A stretch of DNA of 64,000 nt from Eledone cirrhosa (taxonomy: Eukaryota): the NCBI GenBank assembly GCA_964016885.1, contig OZ024742.1, forward strand, positions 199,826,001-199,890,000, written 5' to 3'. Position 1 is the first letter of the stretch, and each line of letters starts with the position of its first letter. The notes beneath the pieces are model-generated. The model searched no databases, had not been told where the DNA came from, and worked only from the letters and a program-made list of their open reading frames with translations. Both the position numbers and the translations under genes were made by a program. Positions 29,348 to 40,789 of this stretch are shown here, one piece after another.

Positions 29348-30373
29348 AGAGAAGTAGAAAAGTAAGGGTTGATGGCTACAAGAAGGAAGATAGAAAGAAA
29401 GAGGAAGAAAGGTCGATATTAATGTCAGACCACAGTCAGGCCAGGAGTGGCGCGAGAAAATTTTCACAGGGACCCGCATCTTAGCAGAGGTGAATATATT
29501 GGGAGTCAGTGTGTTACAATGTTTAGACTTCTAGGATGAAGTTAAAAAATTAATAATCAATATTCAATATTAAAGAGGTTAGAAAATTTAAAGTTCAACA
29601 GTTTAACATTTTCAGGTTGATATATCTAATAGTTCCGATTTGTTCTGTAATTTAAAGGTACTATGTGGCGGTTAAAACACCGGCCGCGCCCCGGGCCCCA
29701 TGGCGAATCAAGCCACGCCGAGTATTTTCATTTACCGAAAGAAGGGGAAATTTATTTTTCCAAACACTTCAGGTAAGCACGTGCGCCAGGGAGCTGGTCG
29801 CGCCGCCATTAAAGCCCACCCAACAGTCCGACAGAAAGTTGGAACTTTAAAATTTTGCTTAGAGAAGTAGAAAAGTAATGGTTGATGGCTACAAGAAGGA
29901 AGATAGAAAGAGAGAGGAAGGAAGGTCGATATTAATGTCAGACCACAGTCAGGCCAGGAGTGGCGCGAGGAAATTTTCACAGGGACCCGCATCTTAGCAG
30001 AGATGAATATAGTGGGAGTCAGTGTGTTACAATGTTTAGACTTATAGGATGAAGTTAAAAAATTAATTATCAATATTCAATATTAAAGAGGTTAGAAAAT
30101 TTAAAGTTCAACAGTTTAACATTTTCAGGTTGATATATCTAATAGTTCCGATTTGTTCTGTAATTTAAAGGTCCTATGTGGCGGTTAAAACACCGGCCGC
30201 GCCCCGGGCCCCATGGCGAATTAAGCTACGCCGAGTATTTTCATTTACCGAAAGAAGGGGAAATTTATTTTTCCAAGCACTCCAGGTAAGCTCGTGCGCC
30301 AGGGGGCTGGTCTCGCCGCCATTAAAACCCACCCAACAGTCCGACAGAAAGTTGGCACTCTAAAATATTGCTT
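29348..30373. repeat. 513-bp tandem duplication
   Basis: 29348-29860 vs 29861-30373; paralogous ORFs start at 29665 and 30178. Confidence 0.95.
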
Positions 30374-31183
30374 AACTTTATCGGATGAAGTTGAAAGAAT
30401 TCAGAATAACATTATAAAACTAAGGAGTAAGAAGATTGAGAATTGAACAAACAGAAAATTGAAGATTAAACATTCAAATAACTTCTATGAGGTTTTGGGT
30501 TGCGGGGTTTAATTAAATAGTCTTTTATGAAGAAACGTTAATTGTATTATGTAGATCTGTAATTTATCCTAGTGGGATGTAGAGTACGGGATATAGTCGT
30601 GTAATATTTAATTTTTGTTCTCAGGAGGAGACATTCTAGTGTCGTGTGCTAATGGGTACAGGTCCCAATGTGAGGAGTAGAAATACATGGATACATAGAA
30701 GTGGAATACGTGGAAGAGCACATTGGTACAGCAGAGGTATAAATATATAAACATATCAATATATAGGTATAAATATGTAAATAAACCAACAAGAGTGGTG
30801 TTGGAGTAAGATGGAGAAATCAAGACATAGGAGAATTACAATATAGTTCAGGTTGCAGTATTTATGTTCCGGGGGGGGGGGACAATCATGTGTCTTGTGC
30901 TAAGGGTACACGCGAGTAAAAGTCCGAATAAGGGAAGTAAAAAGTACATGGATGTATAGAGGTAGAGTACGTGGAAAGGCATTAATACAGCAAATAAAGA
31001 TGTGAAGATATAAATAAACAAACAATAGTCGTTGTCTAGTAAATGTAGAGTTCAAGAGACAGGAGAAATACAATATAGTTCAGGTTGCAGTATTTATGTT
31101 CCCAGGGGGAGATATTCCAGTGACGTGTGCTAAGGGTACACACGAGTGGATTTTATCTATTACATTCACGTATTATATTTCGA

Positions 31184-31241
31184 ATACCTGATGATATCAC
31201 CGGATTCATACGGAACCCGGTCATTGAAATGATCATAGTAT
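31184..31241 (+). ncRNA. Type I hammerhead ribozyme, family F
   Basis: ATAC-CTGATGA-TATCACCGG..CCGGTCATT-GAAA-TGATCA-TA-GTAT; palindromic stem III. Confidence 0.6.
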
Positions 31242-31429
31242 AATAAACCTTTCAAGGATTTACACAAATCCAGCCTCCTGTCATTTCATTATAATATTTA
31301 ACTCCGTAATAGCACCAACTACAAAAACAAAGACGGTTGAACTGCCTTACGTTGAGTACTCTCTATATTATTGCATTACGATTGACCATACGGAATAGAC
31401 CAGCTCTATACAGTGGTGAACCTCAAACC

Positions 31430-31501
<72 letters not shown>

Positions 31502-31674
31502 AATGCAGGGTTATTAGATTTAAAACGTTCTAAATAGTTATTGATGTGGGGGAGGGCAAACAACACTTGTATTACAGTCAAATTACAAATACGCAAGTGA
31601 GATCGAGAACAGAGCTCAGAAAGAAAAACAAAATAAATCAACATACATTATATTTTATATAACGGCAAAGCTAA

Positions 31675-31918
31675 CGTCGGCGGGATCTGAACGCAGAAGA
31701 GTTACGGCCCTTGCCATTCTGAGTTCAAATCCCGCCGAGGTTAACTTTGCCTTCCATCCTTACGGGGTCGATGAAATAAAGTACCAGTTATGCACCGGGT
31801 AATTTCTGGCCTTGTGTCAAAAGTAGAAACAAATATATTTTATATTTCAATAGAGGGTCGGACGCCATGCTTTCCAGCATAGATTTACATCCCTTTATGA
31901 TCTGAGTTCAAATCCCGT
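31675..31918 (+). mobile_element. SINE fragments (rearranged)
   Basis: Core and tail at 31700-31833, head at 31852-31918. Confidence 0.75.
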
Positions 31919-32034
31919 TCAAACAATTATATTTTATATTTCGAAGTTAATATTCCTTCTTCAAACGAAAAAAAGTGTAAATATTATAACTTTGACTGTT
32001 GCATCAGACAGACACCACACACACACACCCACAC

Positions 32035-32185
<151 letters not shown>

Positions 32186-32772
32186 CATATATATATGCAT
32201 ACACACGAACACATATATGTGTATTTGTACATGTAAGGGCCTGCTTTTCTTTCATATGTGTTATATTGATATCCTTCCAATCCTCAGATCGTTTAGGGCC
32301 ACTGGTAGACACGCGAACAATACGCTACCAATATTTGATTCTAAAGGTGAATTATCAAAGCCTCGAAATGTTAATACACTAATTAATTTAGGAACGATAT
32401 TGTTCAGAACTAAGCATCAATAACTAATAAAGATATACGAAAAAACCTTTAAGAAAATAACCTTTCACTCTTTATTCTTTTTTCTTTCTCTTTCACTTTC
32501 ACAGTGCCTATCGTAGTGGTATATATATTAATGTTGACGGTATAATGATATTTCAATATAAAGCCATCGCTTTCTTGATTATTTCAGTTTTCTCTGCCGA
32601 CACAAATATAAACAAAATTAATCTTTAATCCTTGAGCTAACGCTCAGGTTACAATATATATATAAATATATTTATTATATATATTGTAACCTGACCGTTA
32701 ACTCAAGGATTAAATAATTAACATTCGAAAAACTCAGATTACATTTATCATATATATATATATATATGTATA

Positions 32773-33010
32773 TCGAAGGAAATGTGGTAAGGAACCAGGT
32801 GGACCATAACGCACCAACGTACTCAATACTTAGGGTAGTAGAGTGGGTAATAGGAACGAGTAGGAACCCGACGGCTGAGTTCAAGCCGTTTCGACGGCTA
32901 ATTCTGGACTAAATGAACATTTTTATCCTGGTATATGAATAGCCGAGCTTCTCAGGGGGTAATTCCATCTATGGTAAAAGTGATTGTCACAAGGATTGGT
33001 CAAAAGTTTG
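32773..33010 (-). mobile_element. Family A terminal repeat including the full HHR region
   Basis: Diverged reverse complement of ~58635-58875. Confidence 0.8.
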
Positions 33011-33072
33011 TTGTTGAGACACATAATTCTACCATGGCAATTTGTATATATATATGTATATATATATATATA

Positions 33073-33452
33073 TATAATAAGTGTAATCTGAGTTTTTCGA
33101 ATATTAATTATAACATTCGATTCATTTGCAATTACACAAACAAGCCTCAATTTTATAGCTATAAAATTTAGGCTTGTTTGTGTAATTGCAAACAAATCGA
33201 ATGTTATTTGGCAGTATCGGTAGGGGGTCGGACGCCATGCTTTGCAGCATAGAGTTACGGCCCTTTATGATCTGAGTTCAAATCCCTCCGAGGTTAACTT
33301 TGCCTTTCATCCTTACGAGGTCGATAAAAGGGAGTACCAGTAATGTACTGGTAATTGTTGGCTTTGTGCCAAAAGTAGAAACTATTATTAATATTCGAAA
33401 AACTCAGATTACATTTATTCTATTCAGCCATGTAGAGCGACAATTTTCTTTT
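33073..33452. mobile_element. Fold-back element interrupted by a SINE (33208-33388)
   Basis: AATGTAATCTGAGTTTTTCGAATATT family, also at 48013-48240 and 57340-57590; the SINE sits in the ATT-rich right arm. Confidence 0.7.
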
Positions 33453-33962
33453 ATATATATATACTAGAAAATGCCCCCCGTCCATTGGACGGTGTTAGTT
33501 CTCGGTAGGATTGCTGTCTTAATGGTGAAATTCCGTTTTGTCGATGTTTAACATGTAGGATAATTTTCCGTGATCAACTCTTTCAATCAAAAATGAGACG
33601 GTATTCAAAAAGAGCATGTTTTATTTACAGATATCTGTCATTAAAATGTAAAAATAGGGAAAAATGAATATATCGTTTGGAATGTCGTTTAATTGACTGA
33701 ATGGCTGAAGAATCGGTTCAAAAAGCATAGATGACAGTTCGGTTGACATGAAGGCAATCTGTAAGAAACTACATGTTTAATTGAATTATGAAATAACCTG
33801 GGGCATGTGGAAGACTGTCAATTGAAATGAAAAAAATGGTTGATTTCATCAATGGGCATTTGTTGGAAGAGTAACATTACCTATTGTGAAAAGTAAGTAA
33901 TCGCAATAAGGACCAACCTAAAGGGGCTTTCAACTCCACGGAAAAACTATTGGAAGGCTGCC

Positions 33963-35660
33963 TTATAAACCACATTTTTTGTCAATCTTCCGGGAGCGTA
34001 GTAAAAGAGATTGGCCGAGTTTCCAACTCTTGAACATCCCACATACAGTTGTCCGTGTGAAAAGCATGGAGTAGAGGTCCAACCCAACCACTTTTAGTGA
34101 CTGCCCCTGGGCTTTGTTAATGGCCATTGCAAAACTTAATCGAATGGGGAATTGGACTCTTTTCATCGAAAAGACACAGTCAGTTGGAATAAGTGGAACT
34201 CTGGAAACAAAAACAGGGTCGCCAGCACCTTTTCCCGTAATGATTGTAACCTCGAGAACGTCATCCAACATTTGCGTTATAACCAAACGTGTGCCATTGC
34301 AAAGCCGAGGAGGTTCCAAGTTTCTCAAGAATATGATGGGACTTCCAAGTCTTAGGCAGAGTTTATGCGGTGGCGTTCGCGATGGCTCTTGGGAGTTTAA
34401 AAACTCTGTTGGATAAAACGTTACTTGCATCGGATCCGTAATCGAATGAATCGAAGCATAACATCGCTCTTGGGGAGGAAGTTGACGAAGCAGACATGTG
34501 TTAAGAGCTTGGACGGTGGCATTTGTAGGAGCTAAGATGGCCCTTTCACACATTCATTGATGACTGACGCAATTTGTTGAGAGGTCGGGGTGAACTCTTG
34601 TGCAAATGTCCTCAGGGCTGGAGATGTAGTTACCGATGGTACTTATGTCAACCAAACCGTTTATGTCGATTGGTAAGTTCCCATTACCAACATCCAATAA
34701 CTTTGAAGCAAAGTAATTGTCACCGTCTTGTTGGTGGAGAATCGATCGCATGTTGATGGTTAACTTTCTCGACTGGACGAAGCGCCAAAGATGAGAATGT
34801 TTAATGCAAGCATCTATTTCATCAACTGGTTGGCCTTTTGGGACAATGGGAAGAGTTTGACGAAAATCCCCAGCAAGAAGCAGAACGACGCCACCGAACG
34901 CTTTAGAGTTGGAGCGCAGGTCTTGTAGCGTTGTATTGATTGCATCAAGTGCTCTTGTGGGACATTGTTGCCTCGTCCCAGACAATCAATTTGCATTTTT
35001 GAAAGACAGCAGCCTCATCAGAATTCTTCTTTATATTGGTGGTCAGATTTTCAACATGACCAATGTTAAGGGGAAGCTTAAATGTTGAATGGACTGTTCT
35101 GCCGCCGTCTAGCAGTGTTGCTGCTATTCCTGAGACGCCATTGCAATGGCAATCTGTCCACGTTGGCGAACTTTGGCAAGAAGGAGTTTGCGGAGAAATA
35201 TCTTCCCTGTGCCACCTGGCGCATCAAGGAAGTGGATGCCACCACTGGTGTCTTCAAGCATGGTCAAAACAAAAGTATAGACATCAGCTTTTACAAGATT
35301 CAAAAGTTTTTCTCTTTCTTGAACGTAGGACACAAGCCTGGCAGCATCGTAGCATGTCTCCCTTAGTAGGGGGCGGTTACAAACAGCCTCGTTTTCTCTT
35401 TTAGGGGATTCCATACAGTAGTTCTTCAAGGGACGGCTACCCATTTCCAAAAGTATAAGTATATCTTCTAGAAATATGAGACCGCAGTTGTACATTTCAG
35501 GTGTAAACTGTAAATTCATGTGTGTGGACGCGAAGCGAGATTGCATTAGGATGTCCAAGCACATGCTGTCGCGATATTTCTCCCAGAAAGACTGTGGATT
35601 CCCAAAACTGCAGTACACCAGCATAACGGCAAAAATCTTACCTTGTCTGACATTGTGTCT
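33963..35660 (-). pseudogene. Helitron RepHel PIF1-family helicase domain (frameshifted)
   Basis: FLDAPGGTGK (Walker A), FGGVVLLLAGDFRQTLP, LTINMR, AILAPTN, LCNGTR, RVQFPIRLSFAMAINKAQGQSL. Confidence 0.92.
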
Positions 35661-35919
35661 CACTATATCACACACCAATTACCCTTGCTCATCTTTCAAA
35701 TGTTTATGTCTGTATTTGTGTATATGTATATTTGTGTACGTCGCCATATATGTATGTGTGTGTACTATGTGTGTTTAGCCCTAACTTTTTATGCTTTTCT
35801 ATGAGTGTGTTTTTTGTGTTTTAGTTTTAGTCTTTTTGTTTCTTCGCCTTTTGTTTATGTTTTTTGTCTCTACATCCGTAAGTGTGCATTCTTGTTTTTA
35901 TTTCATTTTTATTAATATA

Positions 35920-36387
35920 CTAGCAGAGGTACCCGGCGTTGCTCGGATATTAAATAACAGTTGTGTATACCATTTATGTCAATACTTCAGTGCTGCTTCG
36001 AAAACTATACTTTTACAAAATTGGCTTTTTCCAAAAGGGGGTTCCTGCCCCCCAGGAGTCCCCTACCCAATATGTGCCAATTCTGAGAGTTCACATTCAT
36101 CTGTAAGACAAACGTAGCCCATGTGTCAAGTTTTGTGAAAATCGGTTGCGAACTCCAGAAGTTATGACGTTTTGTTACATTGCACTGCAGTGCTTCAGTC
36201 GACTCCAAGGAAGTGGTTAAAGTGGTTAAAGGGGTTATCTGCCGGGAGGCCCTATAATCAATATCTGGAAAAATGACAGTGCCCATGACCATCGGGAGTA
36301 CATAAGTAACCTATGTCTTAAGTTTGGTGTAAATACTGTAGAAACACATAAGGTTTATACATACGCGCGTGCGTTCGTGTGTGCGTG

Positions 36388-36421
<34 letters not shown>

Positions 36422-36487
36422 GGGGGGGTATGTATTTGTGTGTGCGTATGTGTGTGTGTGTGGGGGGGGTATGTATTTGTGTGTGCG

Positions 36488-36568
<81 letters not shown>

Positions 36569-37363
36569 GTATGTATTTGTGTGTGCGTATGTATGTATTT
36601 GTGTGTGCGTATGTATGTGTACGTCCGTCGGGGCATGCGTATGTACTGGCCTAAATCTTCACTATTTTTACTATTTTAATAACCTCTGTCATTTTCGTTT
36701 ACAATTTTATTTACATCATTCTTAAACTCCGGGGCTGGAAATCATTTGGTTATTTTAAATAGAATATTAGTCTAACGACTCCATTTATACCATAAACTTC
36801 GTTTTGTCTTTGCATGAAATTGTTCTTCACGATCCACATAACGACGCATTATCCTCGCTTTTTTCCCGTTCATTGCCAGGGAACGTCTTCACGAACCAAA
36901 ATATCGTCTTCTTGTTTTCGTTCGGTTGCAACGTTTCTCGAAATATTTACTTCTGCGTTCACAGATTACTCTCAGTTCAATTTGAATGGGAAATTCCTGT
37001 TTCATCGATTTTCTCCGTAACCATGAAAGCTTGTAGTAGCCAAAAGTTTATTAACAGCGAAATAACGTTGTCTTTGATATGTTATTTTAAATAAGACAAT
37101 GATTTGAAAAATACTACTTACTGTTAGTGCTGGTTAACATGTATTAGAAATAAAATGAAAATGATATCTGAAAAATCGTACTTGAGAACATGACTCCCTT
37201 CTTCGCAATTTAAGGGTTTTATTTCTTTTGGTGGAAAACAGTGACTGTTTTCGGTTTGGCATTTCGTAAAATGGTACTGCAGAATTAATTTCATAAAACG
37301 GTACTGTATGATAGTTTACACTTTGATTGCCCTGGTCAGCAAGAGGGGCCTCTATATATTAGA
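35920..37363 (-). mobile_element. Nested non-autonomous Helitron
   Basis: Minus strand 5' A|TCTAATATATAG at 37363; 3' CCGAGCAACGCCGG hairpin, then TACCTCTG-CTAG|T at 35920; internal (CA)n. Confidence 0.75.
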
Positions 37364-37837
37364 TATTTATTAGAAGAGGGGGAAATAACTAACCCCAGTA
37401 TTAGAACAGGAGGTTCGCAATGTAAGGGTTTTATTTCTTTTGTTAGAAAACAGTTACCTTTTTCGTTTTGGCATTTCGTAAAATTCTACTGCAGAATCGA
37501 TTTCATAAAACAGTACTGTATGACCGTTATAGAATTATTTAAATTTAATATAGAGCAATTGTATTTTAAAAATGAAAAAGAAACGTACTGTAGTAGCCAA
37601 AAGTTTATTAACAGCGAAATAACGTTGTCTTTGATATGTTATTTTAAATAAGACAATGAATCGAAAAATACTACTTACTGTTAGTGGTGGTTAACATGTA
37701 TTAGAAATAAAATGAAAATGATATCTGAAAAAACGTACTTGAGAACATGACTCCCTTCTTCGCATTTTAAGGGTTTTATATCTTTTGATGGAAAACAGTG
37801 ACCGTTTTCGGATTGGTATTTCGTAAAATGGTACTGT
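37032..37837. repeat. ~250-bp direct repeats
   Basis: 37032-37279 vs 37589-37837. Confidence 0.9.
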
Positions 37838-38632
37838 ATGTTAACAGCGAAAGAAAGCTGCGAAAGAACGCAGGGAAATAAATTGATGAGTTAGTATTAG
37901 AACAGGGGAAATATCTCACCGAACGCGATAGTTTTGGGGCCCCAGGGACCACATTTTTCAAGTTAGAGATTTGAAACCTAGTCTATTTGCTTCCTTGCCA
38001 CGTTTTACATAGGTGTGTAAATTTCCATGTCAGTCCGACCACGTCTACTACCATTTAACTGTGCACATCTGAATTTCAACCACTGCCCATTTCACAAATA
38101 TATATTAGATTTTTTTGCATAAGGTTTTTTATTTTTATTTTTAAATTTATTTTTATTTTTATCTTTAATTTTTATTATATTATTTAACCATTTCATTTTT
38201 ATATTTTAATGTATGTATATATTCTTATTTATATGTGCGTATATAGTCGTCTATCAACTACTATATACGTATTTTACTTCTACCTTCATTTATGTATACG
38301 TGTTTTCATATGCGTACATACACATATTTTTTACTATACACATGCAATTGTATATGTAGATTTATCTATGCATGTATGTATATATAAAATATTGTCATAT
38401 TTACAAAAATATTTTTTTATATCGTGTTTAATATTTTACATTGTCGTCTGCTTCTCTTCTCACATGTGGTTACTTACTGCCTCACTCTCTCTTTCTTTCC
38501 CCTTTCACACAGCCTCTTCTTTCTCTCTCTTTTTGCCAGTCCCTTTTCTCACACAGCCTTCTCTCTCTGTCTCTCTCTCTCTCTCTCCCCCTCCCTCCCT
38601 CTCTCTCTCTGTATATATATATATATATATAT

Positions 38633-39582
38633 AGAAGTGGATGGATACTTCAACAGGTACAATGTACTTGTAGAAATATTCAAGTTGTTTATAATACATG
38701 TGGTTCAATGACACTAATTCGAGATACCAGAACAATATAAAAGTAGCGAAGCAAGCGGTTATTAAACAATTTCCTAAATAAATTAAAAAATGATTAAATA
38801 ATCACCTGTTCAGACGCTGTTACCGACGGTTTCATCATTCCGAAAGATTGAAAATCCAACGAATTTCCAATGGAAAGAAATGAATCTTCAGACAGCCCTA
38901 TTTCCACGCCATAAGGTATCAAGCCTTATAGCAAGTAAATATTATGCTCCCTACCCAACGCATGCGGTCAAACCGTTAAAATGACACATACGCATAATCA
39001 GGTTGCTGATAAAAGCTGGATATTATAAACATGTCGAATTGCCACTAAAATTAGCAGCATTATTCAACGTTTTGTTCTCTACATAAGGAGAATAATTATA
39101 GAAGTGGATGGATACCATTGTTCTGGTATCTCGAATTAGTGCCATTGAACCACATGTATTATAAACAACTTGAATATTTCTACAAGTACATTGTACCTGT
39201 TGAGGTATCCATCCACTTCTATAATTATTCTCCTTATGTAGAGAACAAAACGTTGAATAATGCTGCTAATTTTAGTGGCAATTCGACATGTTTATAATAT
39301 CCAGCTTTTATCAGCGACCTGATTATGCGTGTGTGTCATTTTAACGGCTTGACCGCATGCGTTGGGCAGGGAGCATAATATTTACTTGCTATAAGGCTTG
39401 ATACCTTATGGCGTGGAAATAGGGCTGTCTGAAGATTCATTTCTTTCCATTGGAAATTCGTTGGATTTTCAATCTTTCGGAATGATGAAACCGTCGGTAA
39501 CGGCGTCTGAACAGGTGATTATTTAATCATTTTTTAAATTTATTTAGAAAATTGTTTAATAACCGCTTGCTTCGCTACTTTT

Positions 39583-39585
<3 letters not shown>
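38633..39585. mobile_element. ~950-bp fold-back PLE terminal-repeat element with a permuted left arm
   Basis: Right unit 39117-39583; left arm consists of reverse complements of its two parts in swapped order; (TA)n flanks. Confidence 0.85.
39424..39504 (+). ncRNA. Type I hammerhead ribozyme with extended stem II, family G
   Basis: GCTGT-CTGAAGA-TTCATT..(insert)..AATGAT-GAAAC-CGTCG-GTA-ACGGC (ACAGC in the inverted copy). Confidence 0.75.
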
Positions 39586-39646
<61 letters not shown>

Positions 39647-39649
<3 letters not shown>

Positions 39650-39875
39650 AGCAAATTATAAACGTAAACATGTAAGTATGTTTTTGAAACGGTGCGCGAG
39701 TTTGAAATTAGAAATTAGAAATTATAAGCTTTCACCGTATTTTAGACTAAAGACATTTCTAGCCTGATAGTGGGGTTTCACTCATCTTTTTCCATTTCTA
39801 CGAGGGTTATAAACCCCACTATCAGGCTAGAAATTTCTTTCGTCTAAAAATACGGTGAAAGCTTATAATTTCTAA

Positions 39876-39883
<8 letters not shown>
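39647..39883. repeat. Fold-back element (arms ~39707-39778 / 39811-39883)
   Basis: Inverted arms; related sequence at 57141-57285. Confidence 0.7.
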
Positions 39884-39953
<70 letters not shown>

Positions 39954-39997
39954 AGAGTAAAACAAAGAATCCTTTAATACATCAAAAGTTTTTATTA

Positions 39998-40035
39998 GCC
40001 GACAATGTTTCGTCCTATTGAGGACTCATCAGGGC
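39998..40035 (-). ncRNA. Canonical minimal type I hammerhead ribozyme, family H
   Basis: GCC-CTGATGA-GTCCT-CAAT-AGGAC-GAAAC-ATT-GTC-GGC. Confidence 0.9.
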
Positions 40036-40365
40036 AATCAAAACAACAAGAGGTAATTTCGGCAGATACAAGCCAGAAACTCTGAAGAATATGGAGTTTA
40101 CATACACTAATGTCTTACAAGGATATACGATAATAAAAATGAGGATAAAACTAATAAAATTATAATAACTAAGGATGTAGATGACATTAAGAACCATATT
40201 ACAAATATGGTCGAAAGTCACCAACTTAAATCTAAACAAATTTGGTTATATAGAACAGGAATTATATATAACACAGTATAATACATTCTAATAATAATAT
40301 ATCTATACCAACACTGAAATTCCAAATCAAAAATCAAAAGGTGCAATATATACATGTATATATGT

Positions 40366-40405
<40 letters not shown>

Positions 40406-40789
40406 TACAATACACATATCTATTTTCTATTACACAGAAATTAAGCCTTATTGGAAGTTTAAACATAAAAAATATTAAAAATAAGCATGGTAATAGTGAA
40501 AATAATGCTAATATATCTACCCAATATACATGGGGCAATAATTACAAGAAACACTTATAATAAATAATAAACAACAAAATTATATAATATAATACAATAT
40601 AATAAAGTAGAATATATATAAAAAATAAGAATATATATAATCTCCGGTTAATTTACAGAAATAATATAGATGTCACATTGAAATACAATGATAAGTTGTT
40701 AACATTATATTAACAATTGTATTGTTAAGGGTTTCGGGGAGAATAAGTCCATTCTGGTCCCGGCAGATAAGACTAAGAATCTATACTCC

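Larger units (their letters stand above)
28851..31432 (+). mobile_element. 2.6-kb PLE-derived element with inverted termini, tail and internal tandem repeats; no RT recognised
   Basis: 28851-28995 is the reverse complement of 31147-31291; tail 31292-31432; (TA)n flanks. Confidence 0.75.
33464..38109 (-). mobile_element. Helitron (deleted derivative) carrying a helicase remnant
   Basis: Minus strand 5' A|TCTAATATATA at 38109; 3' hairpin CCGTCC-AAT-GGACGG then CTAG|T at 33464. Confidence 0.8.

Noticed and set aside
33963-35660. Cellular PIF1 gene
   Set aside because: Intronless, frameshifted and bounded by Helitron termini.
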